Shown here: one piece after another, positions 38,071 through 48,851 of the stretch
How the letters are laid out: each line of letters opens with the position of its first letter
Numbering within the stretch: the stretch's first letter is position 1
NCBI GenBank assembly: GCA_965243205.1
Contig: CBDEUK010000002.1
Span: 832,001-896,000, forward strand
Direction: 5' to 3'
DNA: 64,000 nt
Origin: Gammaproteobacteria bacterium
GTDB taxonomy: Bacteria; Pseudomonadota; Gammaproteobacteria; Eutrophobiales; Eutrophobiaceae
Position numbers and translations under genes: made by a program
Notes under the pieces: model-generated
Told to the model about the DNA's origin: nothing
Seen by the model: the letters and a program-made list of their open reading frames with translations, nothing else
The model's database searches: none

Positions 38071-38530
38071 GAATTTCCCTAACGACGTTGATCATTTCAA
38101 GCAATGTGGCCGCTGCTTCAGCTCCTTTATTACTTTCTTCTTGGCCAGAACGATCTAAAGCCTGGTCAGTTGTATCAACCGTTAATACTCCAAAAGCAAT
38201 AGGCAGATGATAATCAAGAGAAACCTGATTAACACCACGCGCACATTCAGTACAGATATAATCAAAATGTGGGGTCTCGCCACGAATCACTGCACCTAAC
38301 GTTATAATACCATCAAAGGTTTCTTGTTTTGCTAATGCATCTATAGCAATTGGGATTTCAAAAGCACCAGGAACTCTGACTAAAGTGATGTCATCAGAAG
38401 AAACATTATTTTCTTCCAATAATTGAATCGCGCCTTCGACTAATCGATCAACAATAAAACTATTATAGCGACTTGCAACAATAGCTATTTTTGCATTCGT
38501 AATTTCAGTTTTTTTATCTATTATTTTCAT
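38060..38530 (-). CDS. ribH: 6,7-dimethyl-8-ribityllumazine synthase
   Basis: VPGAFEIP, GAVIRGETPHFDYI, FGVLT, NKG. Confidence 0.97.
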   Translation of the reverse strand: MKIIDKKTEITNAKIAIVASRYNSFIVDRLVEGAIQLLEENNVSSDDITLVRVPGAFEIPIAIDALAKQETFDGIITLGAVIRGETPHFDYICTECARGVNQVSLDYHLPIAFGVLTVDTTDQALDRSGQEESNKGAEAAATLLEMINVVREIRGE

Positions 38531-38541
38531 TCTTCAAATAT

Positions 38542-39657
38542 TTAATTTACATATTCAACAACTTCAAGATCAAATCCTGAAATTGCATGCATTTTTTTCG
38601 GAGCGCTTAATACACGCATTTTCTTTACCCCAAGGTCAGATAGGATTTGTGCCCCTAACCCATAAGTTCGCAAATCTTTTTGAGCTGATTGAGTATTTGA
38701 TGATTTATCAACGATCGTACTTTCATCGGCGTGGTAAGTAGAAATCTGATAAACCAAATCTTCAGTCGAAAATTGATTACATAAAATCAAAACTACCGCA
38801 TTTTTTTCTTTTGAAACACGTTTCAAAACATCTCTTAACAACCACCCTGTATCATTTCGAATACTGGAAGTTAAATCATGAACTGGATTACTAATATGCA
38901 CTCTAACTAAAATAGGATTATCAGGATCAATCTTTCCTTTTATCAAAGCATAATGTAGATCATTTTGAATAGTATCTTGAAAAGCAACGATATTAAATTC
39001 TCCAAATTCAGTTGGCATTGTATTATGCGCTACTCGTTTAATCGTTTTTTCATTAGCACTTCGAAAATGGATTAAATCCGCAATCGTACCTAATTTTAAT
39101 CCATGTTCTTTAGCAAAAATTTCTAAATCAGGTCTTCTTGCCATAGTTCCATCTTCTTTCAAGATTTCGACTATAACCGCATATGGGTCCAAACCGGCTA
39201 GTCTTGCTAAATCACAACCGGCTTCGGTATGACCAGCACGAGATAAGACTCCTCCAGGCAATGCCATAATTGGAAACACATGACCAGGTTGAACTAAGTC
39301 TGTCGGTTTAGCATTTTCTGCTACCGCTTTTTGAATAGTTAAGGCTCGATCAGCTGCCGATATTCCAGTTGTGACACCAGTAGCTGCTTCAATTGAAACA
39401 GTAAAGTTAGTAGAAGTATTCGAATGAGTATTACGCGCCATTAAAGGTAAATTTAACATCTGACAACGTTCACGAGTCAGTGTTAAACAAATTAATCCTC
39501 GACCATACTTTGCCATAAAGTTAATGGCATCCGCATCCACTGCCGATGCAGCCATTAATAAATCGCCTTCGTTTTCACGATCTTCATCATCCATAATAAC
39601 CACCATCTTACCTTGGCGAATATCTTCTATTATTTCTTCAGTTGTATTTAATTCCAT
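38542..39657 (-). CDS. ribBA: DHBP synthase fused to a degenerate GTP cyclohydrolase II-like domain (RibBX type)
   Basis: DDEDRENEGD, GLIC, RAGHTEA; C-terminal domain LVRVH lacks the Zn-binding cysteines. Confidence 0.92.
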   Translation of the reverse strand: MELNTTEEIIEDIRQGKMVVIMDDEDRENEGDLLMAASAVDADAINFMAKYGRGLICLTLTRERCQMLNLPLMARNTHSNTSTNFTVSIEAATGVTTGISAADRALTIQKAVAENAKPTDLVQPGHVFPIMALPGGVLSRAGHTEAGCDLARLAGLDPYAVIVEILKEDGTMARRPDLEIFAKEHGLKLGTIADLIHFRSANEKTIKRVAHNTMPTEFGEFNIVAFQDTIQNDLHYALIKGKIDPDNPILVRVHISNPVHDLTSSIRNDTGWLLRDVLKRVSKEKNAVVLILCNQFSTEDLVYQISTYHADESTIVDKSSNTQSAQKDLRTYGLGAQILSDLGVKKMRVLSAPKKMHAISGFDLEVVEYVN

Positions 39658-39658
39658 C

Positions 39659-40255
39659 TTATGAATCTTTTTGCATTAAACTTTCAATGTATCGAGCCAT
39701 CATATCGACTTCAATATTTACTTGAGTGCCAACATCGTAATCACTAAATAATGTCTTCACACTTGTATGTGGGATAATATTAACAGAAAAACTGTTATCT
39801 TGAACGGTATTCACTGTGAGGCTAACGCCATCAATACAAACAGAACCTTTAGCACAAATATACTTTATATATTTTTGATCAATACTTATCTCATAACGCC
39901 AACTGCGTCCATCAGCTTGTTTAGATATAATCTCGGCTACGGTATCAATATGACCAGTCACTAAATGACCATTAACTCGATCTGATAATTTTAAAGCCCT
40001 TTCTAAATTCACAGACTCATTCAATTCTAGAGAACCTAGATTACTACATGCTAATGTTTCATTTGAAACATCAAATGTAATATTTTTATTACTTATTTCA
40101 ATTGCTGTTAAACAAACACCATTTACTGAAATACTATCACCTATTTTTAAATCATTAAGTTCTAAAGTATTCACGTCGATAACAAAACGTTTATCACCCG
40201 CTTTATCTTGAACGTTTTTGATGACACCTGTTGTTTCAATTATACCGCTAAACAT
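39659..40255 (-). CDS. ribE: Riboflavin synthase
   Basis: MFSGII, GDSISVNGVCLT, VNLERAL, GHLVTGHID, VNIEVD. Confidence 0.96.
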   Translation of the reverse strand: MFSGIIETTGVIKNVQDKAGDKRFVIDVNTLELNDLKIGDSISVNGVCLTAIEISNKNITFDVSNETLACSNLGSLELNESVNLERALKLSDRVNGHLVTGHIDTVAEIISKQADGRSWRYEISIDQKYIKYICAKGSVCIDGVSLTVNTVQDNSFSVNIIPHTSVKTLFSDYDVGTQVNIEVDMMARYIESLMQKDS

Positions 40256-40274
40256 AAAACTATATTCAATCTCT

Positions 40275-41372
40275 TTATGATAAAGTAAAAATCATTTTTT
40301 GATCGTTGCCGAAATATCGTTGTTCTTTTAACTGTAATTTTATACCTTCATCCATCGATAATAAATCAGGCAACGTTACTAAGTTTTTTGCTTTATTTCC
40401 TAATAAAATATTTGCTTGATAGACTATTAACTCATCCACTAAATTTTGTTCTATCATAGCTCCAGATAATTCAGAGCCTGCTTCGACTAATACTTCATTA
40501 ATTTCTTTATCTTCTGCCAACCACTTTAAAGTCGAGATAATATCAACTTTGCCGTTTTTCTCATCCATTGAAATGACTTCTATTCCTTTATCAATAAAAC
40601 TTTGTTTCTTTTCTTGATTTGAACTTGTAGTACAAATAACTACTTTTCCACCGATTGAAAATAATTTTGCGTCGATAGGTGTAGTTAAATCTGAGTCCAA
40701 TATCACTCGCAATGGTTGATAGTCTTTTAGCTGTTCTAATCTAACCGTCAATTGTGGATCATCTTTAATAACCGTATTAACACTGGTTAGAATAGCAGAG
40801 CTTTGTGCACGTAAATACTGTACATCTTTTCTGGATTGTTCAGAACTTATCCAACTACTGATACCATTACTTAATGCAATGTTGCCATCCAAACTCATCG
40901 CAAGTTTACAACGTACATAAGGCAAACCTTTTTTCATACGCTTGACAAAACCTGGATTCAATTTCTGTGCCTGTTGCTCTAATAAACCCGACATAGTTTG
41001 AATATTAGCTGCTTTTAACTTTGCTAAACCTTCACTATCAACCAAAGGATTAGGATCAAGCATTGCGACTATCACGGTTTTAACATTGCGTTCAATTAAA
41101 GCATTTGAGCATGGTGGCGTTTTACCTTGATGACTACAAGGCTCAAGTGTTATATACACAGTTGCATCTGTTAAATCTTCATCAGTATTATTTAATGCAA
41201 CGACTTCCGCATGTGGACCACCAGCATATGCATGCCAACCCTCACTAATAATTTGATTATTTTTCTCAATGACACATCCCACACGCGGATTCGGATGAGT
41301 ACTGTATAACCCATGTTTTGCCAATTGAATGGCTCTTGCCATAAAAGAATAATCTTGGGCTGACCAGTTCAT
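40275..41372 (-). CDS. ribD: Bifunctional riboflavin deaminase/reductase RibD
   Basis: PNPRVG, HAE, TLEPCSHQGKTPPC, SLDG, VEAG. Confidence 0.97.
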   Translation of the reverse strand: MNWSAQDYSFMARAIQLAKHGLYSTHPNPRVGCVIEKNNQIISEGWHAYAGGPHAEVVALNNTDEDLTDATVYITLEPCSHQGKTPPCSNALIERNVKTVIVAMLDPNPLVDSEGLAKLKAANIQTMSGLLEQQAQKLNPGFVKRMKKGLPYVRCKLAMSLDGNIALSNGISSWISSEQSRKDVQYLRAQSSAILTSVNTVIKDDPQLTVRLEQLKDYQPLRVILDSDLTTPIDAKLFSIGGKVVICTTSSNQEKKQSFIDKGIEVISMDEKNGKVDIISTLKWLAEDKEINEVLVEAGSELSGAMIEQNLVDELIVYQANILLGNKAKNLVTLPDLLSMDEGIKLQLKEQRYFGNDQKMIFTLS

Positions 41373-41407
41373 TTTAGTTAGATGATCCAGAGCACACTAA
41401 AAAGTGA

Positions 41408-41920
41408 TTATTTATCATCCGCTTCAGAAGGTAATAAATTCAACTGACTTTCTTTAATTTCAGGAGGTAATTCGTTTTCTAATCGTTCGATTTCATCGAG
41501 AAAAGCTCGTACGTTTTCAAACGATTGATAAACAGAAGCAAAGCGTACATAAGCAACTTGATCCATTGCTCTAAGTTGTTCCATCACCCAATCACCTACA
41601 GTACGTGAATTCACTTCACGTTCACCTTGTGCTCTTAGTTTGTGTTTAATGTGAGAAATAGCAACTTCAATTTTATCAATTTCAACTGGGCGCTTTTCTA
41701 AAGCACGATTAATTCCGCCACGTAATTTTTCTTCAATAAAAGGCTCACGCCGACCATCTGACTTTACAATTCTAGGATAGTTAAGTTCCGCAGTTTCATA
41801 ACTGGTAAAACGTTCTTTACATTGGATACATTCGCGACGACGACGTATTTGATCACCTTCACCAACGAGTCGTGAATCAATCACTCTTGTATCAAGTGCC
41901 GAACAAAATGGACAACGCAT
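41408..41920 (-). CDS. nrdR: Transcriptional repressor NrdR
   Basis: MRCPFC...RRRRECIQC zinc ribbon, ATP cone, [10 protein letters not shown]. Confidence 0.97.
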   Translation of the reverse strand: MRCPFCSALDTRVIDSRLVGEGDQIRRRRECIQCKERFTSYETAELNYPRIVKSDGRREPFIEEKLRGGINRALEKRPVEIDKIEVAISHIKHKLRAQGEREVNSRTVGDWVMEQLRAMDQVAYVRFASVYQSFENVRAFLDEIERLENELPPEIKESQLNLLPSEADDK

Positions 41921-41937
41921 GTCTTAACAGTCCTCTA

Positions 41938-41973
41938 AAAACTAAAATGGGGAAACACAAAGTGCTTCCCCAT
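41938..41973 (-). terminator. Intrinsic terminator after glyA
   Basis: Minus strand ATGGGGAAGCAC-TTT-GTGTTTCCCCAT followed by TTTAGTTTTT. Confidence 0.8.
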
Positions 41974-42022
41974 ATTCTAACGCAAATAAGCTTATATTAC
42001 TTAGTAGCTAAGCAATAAAAAC

Positions 42023-43279
42023 TTATTTTCCATACATAGGAAATTTCGCACAAAGCTCAGAAACTTCAGCTTTAACACGAGCATGAACCGATTCATCTTC
42101 CATATTGTCGATGATATCGCAAATCCAATTACCAACTTGTTCACTCTCAGCTTCTTTAAAACCACGAGTAGTAATTGAAGGTGTTCCGATACGAATACCA
42201 CTGGTCACAAATGGCGATTGCGGATCGTTTGGAACAGCGTTTTTATTGACAGTAATATGTACAGAATCAAGTACTGCATCCAAAGCTTTACCGGTAATAC
42301 CTTTCTTAACAAGGTCAACCAAGAATAAATGGTTTTCAGTACCACCTGAAACAATATCAACTCCACGGCCAAGAAATACAGAAACCATGGCTTTAGCATT
42401 TGCAACAACTTGTTTTTGATACTCTTTAAAGCCTGGTTCTAATGCTTCTTTAAATGCCACTGCTTTACCCGCAATGATATGCATTAAAGGACCACCTTGA
42501 TATGCAGGGAAAACTAAGAAGTTTACTTTTTTCTCGATTTCTTCATTAGCTTTACCCATGATTAAACCTGAACGAGGACCACGTAAAGTTTTATGAGTTG
42601 TTGTTGTTGTTACATCAGCAATATCAATAGGGCTTGGATAGATGCCTGCTGCAATAAGACCGGCTACGTGTGAAATATCAGATACCATATAAGCACCAAC
42701 TTTATCCGCGATATCACGGAAACGTTGCCAATCGATGATTTGTGAATACGCTGAAAAGCCAGTCATAATCAACTTAGGCTTATGCTCTAAAGCAAGACGC
42801 TCTACTTCGTCATAGTCAATCTCGCCCGTTTCTTCATTAAGACCGTATTGAATTGCGTTGTAAATACGACCCGATACATTCACAGATGCACCATGAGTTA
42901 AGTGACCGCCATGCGCTAAGCTCATACCCATAATGGTATCACCCGGCTCAATTAAAGCATGATACACAGCGCCATTAGCTTGCGAACCTGAATGTGATTG
43001 AACATTCGCCCAAGCCGCGCCAAATAATTCTTTAACCCGTTCAATAGCTAAAGACTCTACGATATCAACATGTTCACAACCGCCATAATAGCGTTTGCCA
43101 GGATAGCCTTCTGCATACTTATTAGTTAATACTGAACCTTGGGCTTCCATTACTCGCGGGCTGGTATTATTTTCTGAAGCGATTAACTCAATGTGTTCTT
43201 CCTGGCGATGGCGCTCACCTTCCATCGCATCCCAAAGTTCCGGATCAAAACCGGCTATAGTCATATCTTTTGTATACAT
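42023..43279 (-). CDS. glyA: Serine hydroxymethyltransferase
   Basis: [47 protein letters not shown]. Confidence 0.98.
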   Translation of the reverse strand: MYTKDMTIAGFDPELWDAMEGERHRQEEHIELIASENNTSPRVMEAQGSVLTNKYAEGYPGKRYYGGCEHVDIVESLAIERVKELFGAAWANVQSHSGSQANGAVYHALIEPGDTIMGMSLAHGGHLTHGASVNVSGRIYNAIQYGLNEETGEIDYDEVERLALEHKPKLIMTGFSAYSQIIDWQRFRDIADKVGAYMVSDISHVAGLIAAGIYPSPIDIADVTTTTTHKTLRGPRSGLIMGKANEEIEKKVNFLVFPAYQGGPLMHIIAGKAVAFKEALEPGFKEYQKQVVANAKAMVSVFLGRGVDIVSGGTENHLFLVDLVKKGITGKALDAVLDSVHITVNKNAVPNDPQSPFVTSGIRIGTPSITTRGFKEAESEQVGNWICDIIDNMEDESVHARVKAEVSELCAKFPMYGK

Positions 43280-43604
43280 ATATTCCTCTCAAATGATTTT
43301 TCCGATAATTGGGTGTTTATCGGTCTTATTAGTTTAGTCCTTAAGGCAAGGACGACTACAAAACTTAGCAAGATTACCAAAATAATGTGCAGATTGCATA
43401 ATAATAAGTGTGGCAAAGCCGACACGTCTATAACAGTTAGGGCTTTTTCTCAGTTTATCGATATTTTTATCCGTATAGAAACCTCATAAACTGAATCAGT
43501 CCAGACAAGTAAAATATAATTATCTATTTGATTTTATTGTTATTTTTTATATCCAACCAGATAATAAACATCTTATATCATAGACTGATTTCCTAATAAT
43601 TCAT

Positions 43605-43631
43605 TGCAGAATTTTAGCTGTCTGCCGATAT
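43605..43631 (+). promoter_or_regulatory. Candidate sigma28-type promoter upstream of cyaA
   Basis: TGCAGAAT-N11-GCCGATAT: strong -10, weak -35; 53 nt before the ATG. Confidence 0.4.
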
Positions 43632-43684
43632 AAATCGTGAACAAAAATACTTCTAAATTCACTGAAATACTCAAGATCTGAAGA

Positions 43685-46531
43685 ATGGCACTAAAAGCAA
43701 ATATCGATAACTCTCAATATAATCGAAAAGAGATCTTAAATTTGTTCTCTAAGGCTAATCAAAACCGCCTGGAAAACACACGAAAATACCTAAATAAAAA
43801 TCAACAAGACTTCCTAGATTTATTACCTTATTTATTCCATTACAACGACGAAGAATTACCAGGCTTCGTTTCAGACATTACACCAAGTGGAATTTCTCAG
43901 TATCAACCTGTTCAACAATCCATCAAAAAAGCCAAGATATTATTTCCAAAATACAAACATATTCGACGTGCCAAACATCAAATGGATATACATGCTCTGT
44001 TCTTAATGGGCAGCGCAGGCAGTATTGCATACAGTCATAACAGTGATTTTGATTTTTGGTTACTACATTCACCTGAACTTGATGCGAGTGCTTTAGATGA
44101 ATTATCTCTAAAAGCCAAATTAATCGAGCAATGGGCAGAGTCGCTTAAACTTGAAGTACATTTCTTTTGCTTCGATGCCAACACATTTAGTTCGGGACAA
44201 CACCAATCACTTTCAACCGAAAGTAGTGGTTCTACCCAACACAGCTTGCTACTCGATGAATTTTATCGTTCGAATATATTAATCGCTGGTAGAAAACCAA
44301 TCTGGTGGATGGTGCCAGCTGAAAACGATCGCAAATATGCAGAATATATTGATATTCTTGAATATGGAAAAATCATTAATCCTACCGATTTTGTTGATTT
44401 AGGTACACCTTGCCCAATTCCTACTAGTGAGTTTTTTAGTGCTGCTGTTTGGCAACTATATAAAGCGATTAACTCTCCATATAAATCCGTTTTAAAACTC
44501 TTGTTAATGGAAGTTTATGCAAGCGAACATCCAAATACTGAATTATTAAGTTCATTATTCAAACAAAAAGTATACAGAGGAATTTCTGATTTCTCCGAAC
44601 TAGACCCTTATGTGATCATGTATCAAGCTGTTGAAAAATATTTAATGGTAAATAATGAACACGAACGATTAGATATATTCCGTCAATGCTTCTATTTTAA
44701 AGTTGGTGAAAAACTTAGCGTATCTCAGTTAAAACGCAGAAAATCTGAACGCAGAATTTTTTTAGAATCTTTTATGCATGACTGGGGTTGGGATAACTCC
44801 AAGTTTAGTTTGTTAGATATGAGTCACAAATGGCGAATTGATGACCATATCAAACATAGAGAAAAAATCGTCAATACCTTAACTAAGAGTTATCACTTCC
44901 TATCTGAATTCGCTAAAAAGAATCCTGATATTCACCGTGTTAGCGAAAAAGAACTTAACGTACTTGGTCGCAAATTATATTCAGCTTTTGAAAAGAAAAA
45001 TCATAAAATTGAACTAATCAATCATTCTTATCAAGACCTTTATGAATCAGAAGTCACATTACATGAGACGGTCAATGCTGATAACCATCAAATATGGAAT
45101 TTATACCGTGGCAAATTAAAATTAAATGAGTTAGCTGATTATAAACCTTTAAAAAAATCCTATGACTTAATGGAAATGATCACATGGTGTCATATCAATA
45201 AAGTTGTTAATCAACACTCTGCCATACTACTACACTCGAACGATCACGGCATTACCACTCGAGAAATTAAAGATACATTTCATGCCTTAGACAAATTTTT
45301 ATCGAACAAGTCAACTTTTAATGCGACTTTTAATGATTTATCAAAACCTGCAAGAATTATAAGCGCAGGCATGTTTATTAATGTTGGTCTGGATCCATTA
45401 AATGTTAGTAAAAGTGATATTAGACATGTTGCGAGTAATCGACAAGATGCTTTTAGTTATGGAGGCAAACATCAAAACTTAGTTAGAAGTATTGATATGG
45501 TATTACTAACCAGTTGGGAAGAAGTCTTAGTATATCACTATAAAAACATCCCTGGTTTAATGAATTGCATTTCAGATTTTTTAAGTTGGGTCCCTGCAGA
45601 AGAAAAATACAATACTGCTAATTTCCATATCTTTAGTCTCTCCACAGGTTATGGTCGTAGCATATCAAATAGAATAGAGAAACTTTCTTCTAACATCATA
45701 GAATTATTTTTTAGGCATCATAAAGAAAAAATTGATTTAAAATATATATTGGAAGCCGAAGATAAATTTCACTTATTGGAGTTTTCGCAAAATAATATTT
45801 CACATAAAAATTTCAAGCATCAAAAATATCTCAATAGATATCTAGAATCATCACCCATGGAGTTTACTGAAGTTATTTTTGATACGGAAAATAAATGGTC
45901 TTCTATATTACCTGAAATCTATAAGTTAAATAAAAAATCTTTCATACAAACTTTTTATGAAATTGACAATAAAGACGTTAACATTTATGTCGTAGACGAA
46001 AAAGGTTCTTTATTTGAACAAACATTAACTTTTCATAACGCCCAATCATTGATTAGTCATTTTGATAGATTTTATAACTCTATTTCAAATAGAAAAAACT
46101 TTATGATGGGAGAACTTTTAGAAAAAGAAATCATTGATGTTGAATTTTATGAAATAAGAAAATCAAAAAATCGAAATAAAACGATCACAAAAATTGATCT
46201 AAAACCTAAATTTAATGAAACAGATTTTTTTAATATTCAAGTAATCGGTAGCATTGACAATACTGAAAAAAATCATTTGACTATTTATTGCAATAATCAA
46301 GAATTTTCATCGATTGAATATGGAAAAGACATACTCAATGTAGTTGCGGAATATGTCCTCTCAAAACGTAAACTAACTGAAAATTACCCCATCTATATAA
46401 CTGATATCGATTTTTCACAAAACATACTGGATATCATTGACCCTCAAAATGTACAGACTGTACATTTTCTAAAATATAAAAAGAAAATAGAAGAAAAACT
46501 AGATAAAGCGCTAAAAGATATTACAAAATAA
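43685..46531 (+). CDS. cyaA: Class I adenylate cyclase
   Basis: LPGFV, MGSAGSIA..SDFDFW (DxD), LLDEFYR, WQLYKAI.SPYKSVLK, LGRKLYSAFE. Confidence 0.92.
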   Translation: MALKANIDNSQYNRKEILNLFSKANQNRLENTRKYLNKNQQDFLDLLPYLFHYNDEELPGFVSDITPSGISQYQPVQQSIKKAKILFPKYKHIRRAKHQMDIHALFLMGSAGSIAYSHNSDFDFWLLHSPELDASALDELSLKAKLIEQWAESLKLEVHFFCFDANTFSSGQHQSLSTESSGSTQHSLLLDEFYRSNILIAGRKPIWWMVPAENDRKYAEYIDILEYGKIINPTDFVDLGTPCPIPTSEFFSAAVWQLYKAINSPYKSVLKLLLMEVYASEHPNTELLSSLFKQKVYRGISDFSELDPYVIMYQAVEKYLMVNNEHERLDIFRQCFYFKVGEKLSVSQLKRRKSERRIFLESFMHDWGWDNSKFSLLDMSHKWRIDDHIKHREKIVNTLTKSYHFLSEFAKKNPDIHRVSEKELNVLGRKLYSAFEKKNHKIELINHSYQDLYESEVTLHETVNADNHQIWNLYRGKLKLNELADYKPLKKSYDLMEMITWCHINKVVNQHSAILLHSNDHGITTREIKDTFHALDKFLSNKSTFNATFNDLSKPARIISAGMFINVGLDPLNVSKSDIRHVASNRQDAFSYGGKHQNLVRSIDMVLLTSWEEVLVYHYKNIPGLMNCISDFLSWVPAEEKYNTANFHIFSLSTGYGRSISNRIEKLSSNIIELFFRHHKEKIDLKYILEAEDKFHLLEFSQNNISHKNFKHQKYLNRYLESSPMEFTEVIFDTENKWSSILPEIYKLNKKSFIQTFYEIDNKDVNIYVVDEKGSLFEQTLTFHNAQSLISHFDRFYNSISNRKNFMMGELLEKEIIDVEFYEIRKSKNRNKTITKIDLKPKFNETDFFNIQVIGSIDNTEKNHLTIYCNNQEFSSIEYGKDILNVVAEYVLSKRKLTENYPIYITDIDFSQNILDIIDPQNVQTVHFLKYKKKIEEKLDKALKDITK

Positions 46532-46606
46532 ACGCAACTTAAAATATATTGCTTATCCTGGATCTTTCAGTAGACTTTGCACCTTAAATTTAAAGAGAAT
46601 TTTAAC

Positions 46607-47476
46607 GTGTCTAAGCTTGATAATTTAATCGAAAAAGCTCATATCCTCGCTGAACGATTGTTAGATTATTATCCCGATAAAAACACTGTGTTTGATGATT
46701 CAGCAATTGCCTATCGTTGGAAAACACAAGGACATAACTCATATTTACAATCGATTTCAGAACTATCCGATATTTCACTGAATGATCTTTTGTGTATTGA
46801 TAATCAAAAGAACATTCTTATTTCCAATACCGAACAATTTTTAAATAATCTACCAGCTAATAATGCGCTGTTATGGGGACCTCGTGGTACTGGAAAATCT
46901 TCTCTTATAAAGGCCTTGCTGAATGAATATCATCAAGACGGCTTAAGAGTAATTGAAGTTGATAAACATGATCTCGTTGATATAACTCAGATCGTGGAAC
47001 TGTTAAAAACCCATAATCATCATTATATTTTATTCTGCGACGATCTAAGCTTCGATGAAAATGATAATAGTTATAAATCTTTAAAAGTTGCTCTCGACGG
47101 CTCTCTTAGCAAAACGCCTGATAATATATTGATTTATGCAACCTCTAATCGTCGCCATATCGTGCCTGAATACATGCATGAAAACCAACAAAGTGTTTTC
47201 AAAGGTGAAGAATTGCATCTAAGCGATGCTATAGAAGAAAAAGTATCATTATCTGAAAGATTCGGTCTTTGGCTGAGTTTTCACCCCTTTAATCAACAAC
47301 AGTATTTACAAATCGTTGACTATTGTTTAGAACGTCTAGACATGCAAGATACTACAGACGCAAAAACACGAACCCATGCTGTACGCTGGGCTACAGAACG
47401 CGGTTCACGCAGTGGAAGAGTTGCTATGCAATTTGCAAAAAATTGGTCTGGTCAACATAAATTACAAGTAAAATAA
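46607..47476 (+). CDS. DUF815 AAA+ ATP-binding protein
   Basis: PANNALLWGPRGTGKSS, FCDDLSF, YATSNRRH, SLSERFGL, RSGRVA; likely GTG start. Confidence 0.9.
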   Translation: MSKLDNLIEKAHILAERLLDYYPDKNTVFDDSAIAYRWKTQGHNSYLQSISELSDISLNDLLCIDNQKNILISNTEQFLNNLPANNALLWGPRGTGKSSLIKALLNEYHQDGLRVIEVDKHDLVDITQIVELLKTHNHHYILFCDDLSFDENDNSYKSLKVALDGSLSKTPDNILIYATSNRRHIVPEYMHENQQSVFKGEELHLSDAIEEKVSLSERFGLWLSFHPFNQQQYLQIVDYCLERLDMQDTTDAKTRTHAVRWATERGSRSGRVAMQFAKNWSGQHKLQVK

Positions 47477-47496
47477 TTAAACGAGATTTATTCATT

Positions 47497-48243
47497 ATGA
47501 GTATATTAGGAATTATTGGTGGTTCGGGATTAAGCTCCTTAGAAGGATTAGAAATCATTAAACAAAAGATGCAGCAAACACCATACGGCCAAGCTTCTGC
47601 ACCTTTAACATTCGGAAAGCTAAGCGAAAGCGAAATTATTTTTCTACCAAGACATGGTAACCCTCACACAATCCCACCTCATAAAGTTAATTACCGTGCT
47701 AATTTATGGGCTTTAAAAGAAAACCAAGTTGATAAGATTATCGCTATCAATGCAGTAGGCGGCATCAGTGGTCAAATGTATCCAAATCGCATTGTTCTTC
47801 CAGATCAAATTATTGATTACACTTACGGTCGTATCCATACTTTTTTTGAAGAAGGTCTAAACGAAGTAGTACATGTGGATTTTAGTTATCCATATTCGGA
47901 AGAGATGCGTAATAAGCTAATTACTGCTGCTAATAAAAGTGATATTAACATTTATCCAAACGGTTGTTATGGAGCGACTCAAGGTCCACGGCTTGAAAGT
48001 GCTGGCGAAGTTGCAAAACTTGAACGCGATGGCTGTGACTTAGTGGGAATGACCGGTATGCCTGAAGCTGCTTTAGCGCGTGAACTAGAAGTTGATTATG
48101 TCAGCGTCTGTATGGTCGTTAATTGGGCAGCAGGAAAGTCCGAAGAAATTATTACAATGGAAACCATCGAATCAAATCTCGAACAATCAACGGATAAAGT
48201 ACGGCAGTTACTACTTAGTTATCTTAATTTAGATGACGATTAA
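47497..48243 (+). CDS. mtnP: S-methyl-5'-thioinosine phosphorylase (MTAP family)
   Basis: GIIGGSG, RHG, NYRAN, QGPRLE, VGMT, VVNWAAG (Asn typical of 6-oxopurine specificity). Confidence 0.88.
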   Translation: MSILGIIGGSGLSSLEGLEIIKQKMQQTPYGQASAPLTFGKLSESEIIFLPRHGNPHTIPPHKVNYRANLWALKENQVDKIIAINAVGGISGQMYPNRIVLPDQIIDYTYGRIHTFFEEGLNEVVHVDFSYPYSEEMRNKLITAANKSDINIYPNGCYGATQGPRLESAGEVAKLERDGCDLVGMTGMPEAALARELEVDYVSVCMVVNWAAGKSEEIITMETIESNLEQSTDKVRQLLLSYLNLDDD

Positions 48244-48246
48244 AAA

Positions 48247-48840
48247 TTATTCAGCATTTAATCGTACGACTCTCACAATAGCTCCAAATAATGGATGGTC
48301 AAAATAATGGATCTCATTCAGTTTAATCCTACGTGATTCAGTTAAACGCGCTATCTTGCCACCGTTATCTTCTTCGATCATTAAACTTCCAGGGCTAACG
48401 GAATACGCTAGATCCAAATCAGCATGAAGATATACTCCACTACGAATTTTAAGCTTACCCAACACGTTTAGCTCATCGACACCATTGAATATTTGTACTT
48501 TCACGGATCGAGCATTTCTAGCTTCAAGACTGGGTTGTTGCCAAGCCAGATAACTTAAAGGGTTATATAAAGAAGAACTTTTTAATTTCGAATAAGCGCC
48601 ACTCAGTGTCAATAAAGAAGAATCTAATGTTTGAAACGGTATTAATTCACTACTACCGCCTTGTTGAGCTCTCGTTAATTTTATCGAAGAACCAGTATCA
48701 GGTAATCCTGGGTATTTCTCCCATAGTTCACCACTGGGGTCAGAATTTGAATTTTCGAAAACGATTAACTCTACGCGATACCAATTTTCAGCTGCAACAT
48801 TGAAACTTAATAAGAATAAAATAAAGAATAGTTTTTTCAT
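48247..48840 (-). CDS. CsiV-family periplasmic protein
   Basis: Signal peptide, WYRVELIVF, AWQQ, YLHADLDL, ESRRIK.NEIHYFDHPLFG; downstream of mfd. Confidence 0.8.
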   Translation of the reverse strand: MKKLFFILFLLSFNVAAENWYRVELIVFENSNSDPSGELWEKYPGLPDTGSSIKLTRAQQGGSSELIPFQTLDSSLLTLSGAYSKLKSSSLYNPLSYLAWQQPSLEARNARSVKVQIFNGVDELNVLGKLKIRSGVYLHADLDLAYSVSPGSLMIEEDNGGKIARLTESRRIKLNEIHYFDHPLFGAIVRVVRLNAE

Positions 48841-48851
48841 AATTGTAATGA

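Noticed and set aside
38060-41407. FMN riboswitch for the rib genes
   Set aside because: Intergenic gaps are too short and no RFN consensus is present.
43280-43450. ZTP or glycine riboswitch upstream of glyA
   Set aside because: Only small hairpins; conserved ZTP (ACTGGCG...CGCCTGGG) and glycine aptamer (GGAGA...CCGAAG) motifs not seen.
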